DNA of 64,000 nucleotides, from NCBI RefSeq assembly GCF_009914755.1, contig NC_060946.1. The stretch is one strand, 5' to 3'. Below are positions 1 through 34,800 of the stretch, piece after piece. The notes beneath the pieces are model-generated. The model was not told the origin of the DNA, made no database searches, and worked only from the letters and a program-made list of their open reading frames with translations. Made by a program: the position numbers and the translations under genes. Source of the stretch: the human T2T-CHM13v2.0 reference genome, Homo sapiens. Numbering within the stretch: position 1 is the stretch's first letter; every line of letters begins with the position of its first letter.

Positions 1-880
1 CTGTTCGAGGCCAACCACCAGGCGAGGATCCACTGTTTCCTGGCCAGACTAGACTCCCAGCTGTGGGAGTGGCCCAAACCCTGCTGCAGGCCTTCACTCA
101 CAAAAGGGAGTGAATGGCCAGCCCGGGGTACCCAGTGTTGCCTCTAAGTGCGGGATATGAGGCCTGTTGGAGGATGACAAAAGGAACGGATGAGGTCATA
201 CTGCCGCTGGGTTGGGCGGGAGGCTGCAGCGGGAGAGACTTGACCAAAAGGCAGCCTCCATGGCGCTGGCACTGGTGCTGGCCCGTCACAGCCAGTGCCT
301 CTGTTAGCCAACACAGCAAGTGGGCTAGGAGGAAGGGTGCTGTCCAAGTGTACGGGTTTTCTCCCCGTGCCAAGGGTCCAGGGGAGCTTGCCGTGAGCCC
401 GTTCCTGTCCGATAGTCCTGTTGGCAAGGCAGGGTTTGCATGCGGTGTTTGGTCAGCTGGAGCAGTGGGGAGGCCTACGGGCAGAGAGCTCCCCTTTGAG
501 CCCTTTGCGGCCAGGCGCTGTGTGGAGCACTTCCCAGGGGTTGTTTTGTAGTCTCACCGTGACCTTGGGGTAGGAAATGTGCTTCTGGCTGGCTTGCCCA
601 GTCTTAGACTCTCTTGTTGTAGCCCTCTCCTTTGTGATGTCACCCAGCCTCCTGGCTTTAATGCCAGCTTTCCTTGACATCTTCACAGCTCCAGCCCTGG
701 CCTCTCTTCTGATTTCCAGCCTGGTGTTTCTGGCCACCTCTTCCATATCTCCATGTGTTACTTTGGCGCCAAGTAGCCATATCCAAACCAAACTCAAATC
801 TTCACCCATGCCAAAACATTCCTTGGCCTATCTAAAGTCCCTTTGATTCCTCTCTTTCTTACACCTTCATGCAGTCCTAA

Positions 881-1673
<793 letters not shown>

Positions 1674-1739
1674 CAGAGTGGTTCTTTTAAACCATAAGAT
1701 GGTATAAAACAGAGGCGGTGTAGATGCAAGCCAGCTTGC

Positions 1740-1870
1740 CTGCTTGTAAAGCAGCTCCATCACTTCCTAGCTGTATGACCTTGAGCATGTGGGTGAACCT
1801 TTCTTCCATAATGCTATGTGAGACCTGGGTGAGTTAAAATGCTTAAAGTGCTTAGAACAGGGCCTGGCTG
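1740..1870 (+). mobile_element. MIR fragment
   Basis: CACTTCCTAGCTGTATGACCTTGAGC...AAAGTGCTTAGAACAGGGCCTGGC resembles the MIR core. Confidence 0.6.
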
Positions 1871-2129
1871 AGGTTTGGTTGCCACTGCTATCCTGGAATC
1901 AGCTGATGCCACTGTGTGGGCCTTCCTATCCGGTGGCCCATCTCTCTCACTAAGAGCCAAAGTCCTGGCAGCAGCCTGGGAGGACCAGCCCTGATCCATC
2001 TGCCCTCATGGACTTGGCCCACTGTCACGTCCCCTCAGCACACTGCCCCAGCTGGCCACACCACATTCCTGACCCCAGCCCTCTGCTTTTCCTCTCAGTG
2101 TCACCTGGAACATCCCCTCCTCCCAGCCC

Positions 2130-2400
2130 TGTAACCCACCTGGCTCACTCCTGCCTTCACGTGGATGCAGGCCATGAGGCCTTCTTGGATCCCCCTTCCT
2201 AAAACTGCCTCCCCTTCTTCAGGCGCTTTCCTTGTTTTGTTTTTGCTTGAATACTTCTTGGCATGTGACAGGGTGCATGCTTTTCTTAGTTGTTAGCGGT
2301 CCATCTCCCCCACTAAAATGTGAGCTCTGTAGGGCAGGGTTTTGTCCACCTTGTGTCTGTAGCATCTAGGATGGTGTGTGTGTGTGTGTGTGATGAATGG
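2130..2400 (+). mobile_element. L2 3'-end fragment with (TG)n
   Basis: TCTCCCCCACTAAAATGTGAGCTCTGTAGGGCAGGG L2-like 3' motif ending TGAATGG. Confidence 0.5.
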
Positions 2401-4756
2401 AGAAAGCTTATAGAGGGGAGGAAGGAACTTGCCCAGGACTGCCCACCACTGAGGTCTGGGGCTGGGCAGGTTTCCTGCTTTCCTAAGGAGCTCACTCACT
2501 TGTAAGGCACCAGGCTTTCCTGCTGTGCATTTCTTCAGTGCCGCCGCTTGGCCCCATTAGCACCTTTGCTTGGAACGTCTACTCTAGCTGCTTCTTCGCC
2601 TTCTGTGGTAGCAGGCTTCCCCATTCCGTCCCACTGTTGGTCTCTAATCCCCTGCTCCTTGTGGCTTCTTCATGTAGCTTTTTGTGTCCCAGAATCATGG
2701 ATTGACTCACCAGGGTCTCTATGGGACTGCCAGGTTCTGAGGTGTGTGGCCCTGGTCTTCCTTGTAATCTGTGGCACTGGGCGCATTGACCCCTCGGTCT
2801 GTTTTCTCTAATGGTCTTTCTTGGTTGCCAGGAGACTGGCCTCACCCCACTTAGTGTTCCTCATGCCTGCCTGGTTGCTGCCCACAGCCTCTTGAGCGTC
2901 TTCAGCACTTCATAGTCAGTTGTTAGCTCTGTGCTGTGTTTCCTGGATCCTCAGCACCTTTGATGGACACATCTTTGGGAACATACGGTGTGAAATTCCC
3001 ATTAGATTCAGAAATGTTAGGACATCTTAGAATCCAGGAAATGGGGTGACAGTGCAGTGGTCATTGACCTGCCAGTGTGTCCAGGCCCTGTGACCTTGTC
3101 TCTTGTCCATATAGTGCGTTCCTCGGAGTAGATGGCCAGGGGATAGTTGTTAAATGTATTGATTAAACCTAAACTAGTCTCTGGTTTTCATGTTGTGTCC
3201 CCTTCGAAGTACATCCACCATGCCCTGTCCCTTGTTAAATGTGTGATGTCTGCATCTCCTGTTCTTTCCGGGAATCTTGGGAGGATGTTAGGTCATGCAG
3301 TGCGGTTTGCATGTGTGCATCTTTACTGGTATGCACGCATGTGCATGCATGCGTGTTCCTGTGCACGTTGTGGGAGTGTGCATGTGTGTGTGTCTGCATG
3401 TGTTCCTTCTGCTCTGATGCAGGGTTTTCTGGCTGCCCCCTCAGACCCATCTTCCCTGCTTCATGTTGTCCCTTTCTTCATGCTTCCTCTGTAGTAAGGC
3501 TTCCTAGAGTTGCATCCTTAACCCTCATCTCTGGGTGGCCTTCCTCCTGTGGGTTTGGCGACTACCTCCTCAGTGCGTCCTGGCCTTCCGTATCTGGACC
3601 AGTCATGGCTCCAGAGTTGTGGCCTCGGCACCTTCAGAGCCTGCCTGGAGGTCCCCTCTGTTCTCCTCGCCAGGCTCCTGCCTGCATGCTGGAATTTGGG
3701 TGTCCTTCCTTGTCTTTAGTTCCCTCTTTTCTCTGCTATCCACCTCCGTTGGGTCAACAAGTGCGGTCAGTTCTGTGACACTGTTCTTGGCCCATTGCCA
3801 GGGCCTCTTTCACACCTTTGTCCTCTGGCCTGGAGGACTGTCCCCGTGCCTTGGATGCAGTTGCTTCTGCCTGGCACAGCTGTGGGTCTCCCCTCTCAAG
3901 TAGGAACCTACTTGTGGCATGAGAGTCGCTTCACCTTCAGTGGCTCCTTATTGTCCCCAGGGCGGAACGGGCTGCAGGTGGCACCCAGGCCTCTCTGTGC
4001 CTCGGCTCCAGCTGTCTCTTGTGGCTCCCCACCCCAAATCCTGGCAGGTCCCTTCCCCACAGCCACCCACCCCTCTCCTCCATCGGGAACAGAACTATGC
4101 TGCCACCTCTGGTGACCTCAGCACGCTGCATCACTGTCCCCGTCCACGTGCTACCCTGTGGGCCCAGGAGAGCCCTGGGGTCCCTGGGTAGCAGAGCGCC
4201 TGGCCATGCCTCTGAGGCCCCTAGTGCCGCAGAGTTGAGCTGAGGGTCTCGCGCTCGCCCTCTGACTGACCCAGCCCTTGCAGGTGAGTGGATTGCTGTG
4301 CTCTGGTGGCCTGAGGGAGGCCACGCGCCTTCTGTGTGTTCCAGAAAGGGTGCCTCCCACTGCATGCTTGCTTATCTGAGTTAGAAGAATGCTGTGGTGG
4401 AGTTTAGTGTAAATTTTTAAAATATTTTTTGAGCCTTATGATTATATAGTTTTTGTGTTTCTGAAGTAGGAATTAAAGTGGGCATTAACAAAATATTTAA
4501 CTTTGGACTTAAGTTATAATTCAGGTTCTGAAGAATAAAAGTAAGGTTAGTTTGTTTTGATGCCTAAAAAGTCCTCTTAGGGAATATTATTTTGAAGCCC
4601 TTTACTATGCTGTTAATAGTGCTTGGCTTTTAACTTGGTACCAGGGAATTGGAAGGTTTCTGTCATTTTGTGACGATATTTTTAAATTTCTTTGCAGGTA
4701 GAAGAAGAAAGGTGCCACTCCGGCATGAAGACAGACTCGCTTAGTCGCCAGTCACT

Positions 4757-4844
4757 TAAGCTGAGTGCATTGTGATTTCCAATAATTGAGGCAGTGGTTC
4801 TAAAAGCTGTCTACATTAATGAAAAGAGCAATGTGGCCAGCTTG
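4757..4844 (+). ncRNA. MIR3618: pre-miR-3618 hairpin in DGCR8 5'UTR
   Basis: TAAGCTGAGTGCATTG...CAATGTGGCCAGCTTG self-complementary arms; mature TGTCTACATTAATGAAAAGAGC at 4808-4829 recognised. Confidence 0.9.
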
Positions 4845-4974
4845 ACTAAGCCGCCAGCGCACAGCGCGGCAGGACGCGCCCGGGTCTCAGCGGACTTGTG
4901 CATGTTAGCTGTGTAGATTTATGTGAGGGCTTGTAAAACTCTGGTCTTGTAAACTAGTCTTAAGCGCTTTTAAT

Positions 4975-29156
<24,182 letters not shown>

Positions 29157-30753
29157 GGGAGGTGGCACGGGCCAGGGCGCGGGGGCCGCCAGCCGCACTT
29201 CTGAGGAGACCAGCAGTCATGCATCGTGCACCACAGTGTCAGGCCTCCAACCCATGCTCCTTCCCTGTGGCCAACCTGTGGGCCCGGCCTTAGGGTGGAG
29301 GCTTTAGTGTACAGGGACAGCCATGGCCACACAGCACACATGTGGAGCAGCGGCTCTCCCTGGAAAGCTCCAGGCCTGAATGGATGGACTCAGCGACTGC
29401 ACCAGTGGCAGCTGGTGACTGTGGACAGTGGTGGACCCTGCTTCTGTGCACCTGCTGCAGGCTCTTTTTATGAAGGCTTTCATGAATTTTAGTATGTAAT
29501 ACGCACTGACGACACATGATGCTTGGATGACAGATGAGAGGGGATGGCTGAGTCCTGTGGCTGGCCCGTGATGCCAGGTGGCCCATGTGCCCAGGGCGCC
29601 TGCAGGGCTGCTACAGGGACCTGGTCAGGAGGTGCACATGGTGCCCTGCCCTCACCCACCCTCTGTGTTTCCCCTTCTTTGAAAAGGTAGAAGAGAAAGG
29701 AATATTTTAAACCTTTTTGGCTTAAACAGAATTTTAGCATCAGAACTAGCTTTCTGGGATTGGAGGCAAACCATCAAGGTGGTCCCTCTCCAGTCTGGAC
29801 ACGATGCCAGCAAGGATGACGTCCTGCCACCTCCTGGAGTTACCCTGGCCTCCTAGGGTCCCTTTTTCTGATGAAGTCTTAATGCCCTAAAAGCGCCTCT
29901 TTGGACACTGAGGCCCTCTCTGCCTTTCCTGGCCTCCGGCAACAGTTTTTTACAAAGATTTTTTGCAGTCGAGTCCATATGTCCACCCATTGATTTTTAA
30001 AGCTTTTGTGATATTTTAGCATTTTGAAAGACTTTCACAGTGAGAGTAGAAGGTAGATTTGGAATCATGCATTTTAGCAAGTGGACTTGTTGAAACAGGA
30101 AGCAAGGGCCTTCAGTGTAGCCCATTCTTGATCCAGAGCTGTTGCCTGTGACAGCGGTTTCTCTGGATGTCAAAGGCAGCTGCCTGGTGCCCAGCTTGCT
30201 TCTCGACTGGTGGCCCCTATGGGTGGGTGTGCGATGGAAATGTGTTCCTGCCGGAGTCTGAGGCACCAGGGTGTGCTCAAAGGCTGGCCCTGGTGGTGGA
30301 CTGGCACCTGTGCAGAGTGCCGTGTGCTTGTGGTGCGCCATCTGAAGCAAGAGTCCAGCGTTCTGCCGTGTCTGTCCCCCACCATGCCCCCTACAGGCGG
30401 TACTGATGGCGCTTTTTTTTTTTTTCTGTCAGGAAAACAATGTTGGCCTGTGGGCCGCCCACAACATATCCTTCCCTCACTACCTGTGTGACCAAGGTTG
30501 GCTTCTGTTGACCTTTAAAAAAGAAACCCTCAACTCAAATTGCTATAATTAGACACTTGCTTCTGTCTTGCCTCCTGTCTGCAGCTGTGAATAGTCATTT
30601 GACTGTGACTGTTGCCCTTAGCCAGCCAGATGCGCCTGTGAACCAAAGCTTCGTGCACATGTGTTCCCCTAAAGGTTGGGGAGCCTCGCTGTGTCTTGCT
30701 GTTCCCAGGCACCACCACAGCAGGTGCTGCCATACTCTTGTGGTCTCTGTGCG

Positions 30754-30776
30754 CCCCCCCCCCCCCCCCCCCCCCC
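30754..30776 (+). repeat. C23 homopolymer in DGCR8 3'UTR
   Basis: Direct count. Confidence 0.95.
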
Positions 30777-30901
30777 GTCTGCCAAGCATGGGTATGAATC
30801 GTGCACACAGCCATGCTTCAAGGCCGGGGCAGGGGAGCCTGTGCTGATGCCATCCAGGGCACTGGGCTGTGCCTGGAAGGCGAGCCTTGATTGTCTGAAC
30901 A

Positions 30902-30907
30902 CATAAA
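30902..30907 (+). terminator. Likely DGCR8 poly(A) signal (variant CATAAA)
   Basis: CATAAA at the far end of the 3'UTR followed by U/GU-rich ATGTCTTTATTCTG; I saw no AATAAA in this part of the UTR. Confidence 0.5.
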
Positions 30908-30938
30908 GCAAACTGTCCAGAAGGGAATGGCTGATGTC

Positions 30939-30944
30939 TTTATT
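30939..30944 (-). terminator. TRMT2A distal poly(A) signal AATAAA
   Basis: TTTATT on the + strand ~670 nt downstream of the TRMT2A stop. Confidence 0.65.
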
Positions 30945-31365
30945 CTGAGGGTGAGAGGCTGGCACCCTGTGGACCCTTGACTGGCCAGATCCCCTCCTGG
31001 GGCCTCCCTGCAGGCTGGACCCTGCCTTTGTAACAGCTGAGCAGCACCCCAGCATGGCCCCTTCCTTGGTTGATGCCCTCTCTGCTGGGCTGAGGGCCAG
31101 GCTGGCCACAGAGGGGCCAACTCTGCCCAGTGTTCTCCACCCCATGCCCCCAGCTGGTGCAGTTCCCAGACCTCTCTCTGTCTCTCCTCAAGTTTAAGTA
31201 TCAAATCGAACATTCTTTTTTAAAGTAAGCTCTGCCCTGACTCCCCCAGCCATGCAGAGAGGCTTGCAGAGCTGCCTAGGCCTAGTTTGGCCCTTTCCCT
31301 GGCACCCAGGCCCTGTGTTCAGACCCCTGGCTCTCATCACAGAAACACCCTTTGTTGAGCAGTTG

Positions 31366-31371
31366 TTTATT
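31366..31371 (-). terminator. TRMT2A proximal poly(A) signal AATAAA
   Basis: TTTATT on the + strand ~240 nt after the stop; GU-rich GGTGTTTCTGTG downstream on the - strand. Confidence 0.6.
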
Positions 31372-31612
31372 CTGGCCCTCACAGCCTTGGCTAGTCCACA
31401 AAGGCCCTGGGGATGGGCAACAGGCTACAGGAACCCACCTGTCTTCCTGGTCAGGGCCCCTGGCCCCTAGCAGCAGGCCAATCCTGGTGGGGCACAGGGT
31501 TCTGTGCCCTTTGGCTGCCTACCTCTGAATATCCTGGCCAGCAAGCCATGCCTTCCCCGCCCCTGGGGCCCTGGGAGCCCTTCAGCTCCTGTCCCCATAA
31601 TGGGTCCTGGGC

Positions 31613-31844
31613 CTAGGATGAGGGGAAGGTCCCAGTTTCTTGTAGGGTGTTATCTGGGGGTCCTGGTGTGGGTTGAGCTGGAGGGCTGTGGGGCCCCAAG
31701 ACCCCTGTGCCATTGGGGTGCTCCACCCTCTCAAACAGGATGAGCATCTCACAGTGCGGGGTCTGCGGGAACAGGTCCACTGCCACAGCCTTGACCGGCC
31801 GGAAGGGAATGCCCTTCACCCGGTTAGATGGGGCTCTGCAGAGG
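31613..31844 (-). CDS. TRMT2A: TRMT2A last coding exon
   Basis: cacag|CCT; [18 protein letters not shown]...FPSS then TAG at 31615-31613. Confidence 0.95.
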
Positions 31845-34800
31845 CTGTGGGGGGAAAAGGGGGGCGCTAAGGTCAGCCGATAGGCTAATCAGGGGCTCCT
31901 GTGGGAGCTGGGGGCTTGGTAGCAGGCCTAGCCCCTACCCAGGCCCCTGCAGACACTCACTCCACAAAGTTGCCCATGGCTGCCCGGGGGTTGCATGAGA
32001 CGTACAGCAGCCGCCTGAGGTTCTTAGCTCTCCGGATGGCCAGGATCACCTTGGAATCTGAGGAGGCAAACACCAGCTGGGTCCCCACAGCCAGAGAGTG
32101 CATAACATGGTGAGCCACCCCATGTGTCCTCGTTCCCGTGCCACCTCCTTAAGCAAAAGCCACTCACGCAAGCCAGCACGGGGTGGGTCCAGGATGGCCA
32201 CGAGGTGCTGGGAGGCCAGTCTGCTCACCAGGGTGGGCACCAGGTCCTCGGCCCTCCCGCAGTGGAACTCCACATTACTCAACTCTGAAGAGATGGCACC
32301 GTGGCCTGTCAGAGGGCCACATGCCCTCCCAGCAGGGCCAGCCCTGGGGAACCCCTAGCCAAAGAGCTTGCTCACTTGCTCTACCTGTCGGGCAGCCCCC
32401 AAGCCCTGGCTGTGGCTGAGGCTTGCAGCAGGGGTGGCGGCTGCCCCCATCCCCACCCCCACCCACGGCCTTGCCACTCACCATTGTCCTGGGCGTTCAC
32501 CCGGGCGTCCTCCACAGCCTCTGGGCATAGCTCGACCCCAATGACCCTCTTTACCTTCTGAAACAGGAAAGCGTGGTGTCGCCCCACCCAGGGAGGGGAG
32601 TACATGGGGCCCTGTGGGCAGCAAAGAGGAGCTGGGCCTGGGGCATGATGGAGTCAGCTGTGGTGACTTTGAGCTGGGGTCAATGGGGGTCTTGGGGTGG
32701 GGAGAGGGTGCCCTCAGCAGGGCAGGAGGGCTCACCCGGGCCAGGGCCAGGCCAATGGTGCCGGTGCCACAGCACACGTCCAGCACCATGCTCCCCGCAT
32801 CCAATTGGGCCCAGTCCTGGATGACTGTGTAGAGCACCTCGGCTGCGGGTGTGTTCACCTGGGGGCAGGCGGTGCCCAGGATGTCAGTGGCTCCTCTCCT
32901 GTGGTGCCACTGGTGCCCCGACGCCCACATTCCTGGTCCCTCCATCCTGCCGGGACCTCCGGCGCCCACTCCCCACCTTGGTGCCCAACGTCTTCCCTGA
33001 CCCCACCTTGGACCAGCCTTGCTGATGCCCTCATCCAGCCCCTGGCTTTAAAAGCCAAGCCCGTGCTAAGCACAGCCTCCTCCTTGCCCCACTTGGTTGA
33101 GGGCTCATGAGGCCCCGCAGGCCAATAGGCTGTACCTTCCCTGCCCCAGCAAGGGGGCTTTGCCTCCCACAACTCACACCGGGGCCCCTGGAATCACCCA
33201 ACTGCAGCTCCCACCCCCACACCTAGCCCTCCAGGAGGTCCTGCCAGGCCTGTCTCCAAAAACGGCCGCTCCAGGTCCCCACAGCCTTCCTGCAGCAGTG
33301 AGCAAACAGTGAAACAGTATTTCCCAGCCCAGAGGCCACCATGGCCTCCCTCCTGCCGAGCCCAGAGCAGTGCCCTGTGGTAATGCACTGAGGGCCACTC
33401 CTCATCCTCCCTGTGACAAGGGCCACTGCCGTGTGTACCTCTAGGTTATCCCGAGTCAAATCAGTGATGACCAACCTCTTTCTTACTTCACCCTCCCCTG
33501 TGGCTCACCTGCCTGGATACTCCCCCAAATCTCACCGCCTGAGCCCACTGTTCCCATCACGTCCTGATGGTGCGTCAGGCCTCCCTCAACATGTCCCCAT
33601 GCCCACCAGGGACTCACGGCTACCTGGAAGAAGGCGTGTGGAGAGATCCGGAAGGTCAGCCCTAGCAGGTCCTCGTGGATGCACCGGTCCCCAGCCACAT
33701 GCTCCAGGGGCAGGCCCTCCTGGCTAGGAGTCTTTCTGTGGGCGAAGGTGCAGGTCCTTCAGTGTCACAGTCCCTGCAGGGACCTGCCCCGCCCCACTCG
33801 GGCTCCTTACCGCTGTCCCTCCTCCACGAAGTAGAGGCAGGTCACTCCACTGGCCCTGCCTGGCCCTGCTGTGAAGTGCTGCGCTAGGGAGGTCTTCAGC
33901 TCTGCCAGCTCCTCAGGGCTCAGCTTCTGGAGTAAGTGGTGAAAAGTTCCCATCAGGCTGTGCTGAGGCCCACCTAGGCTAGGCACCCTCCCCCAGCAGG
34001 GCCCCCGTTGAGACCTGGGGGTGGAAGTAGGCAATGGCCATGGCCTGGTGGCGGCGGCTGGTGCGCACAGTCAGCTGCTTCCAGTGGCCTGTGTACGTCT
34101 CTGGGTCGTATGCCGAGTATGGAGTGGACCTGTGGGAATCACGAGCTGGCCCAAGTGCCCACAACTGGGCAAGCAGTCCCCCTGCTCTCTCCTCTGGCCA
34201 CACCTTCCTTCATCTGGCTGAAATGGCAGGCACTCCAGAATTCCCGGGGCAGGATCACCACCCTCTGCTCCCACACCGCATAGGACTTCCCGGGAGCCCC
34301 GTCACAGGTCCTCACCGGATGAACTCCTGGAAGGCCTTCACCACCTGCTTGGTGGCTTCGGGGATGTGCACGGTGTCAAACGGGGCTGCCACAGCACACG
34401 TCCCGCCCTTGTACTTGCCGAGCCGACAGCCCACGGTGTTATCCTCCCCATCCACCCCGACGCCAACCAGAAACTCACACTTATTACGATACTCAGTCTG
34501 CAGGGAGAGAGAGCTGCACCTTACCCTGGCTGCCCAGCGCTTGGGCCTGGAAACCCTGATTTCCCCACAGGGGCTGGCAGTCAAACAAGAGGAACAGCTG
34601 ACAACTATGTGATGTTACCAGAAGAAAACACAAAGCAGGGAGATCAACAGGAAGGGTGAGCAAAAGCAAAGTTTTTCAAAACCCAGGATAGGGGTTTGTG
34701 GCCACCGAAGTCTAGTCTGACCTGCTGGGGTGATGGCCTGACCCCCTCCAGCGGGCAGCAGGCCTTGTTGTGCTTGTGCCTCTGCTCGAGCAGCCAGGGC

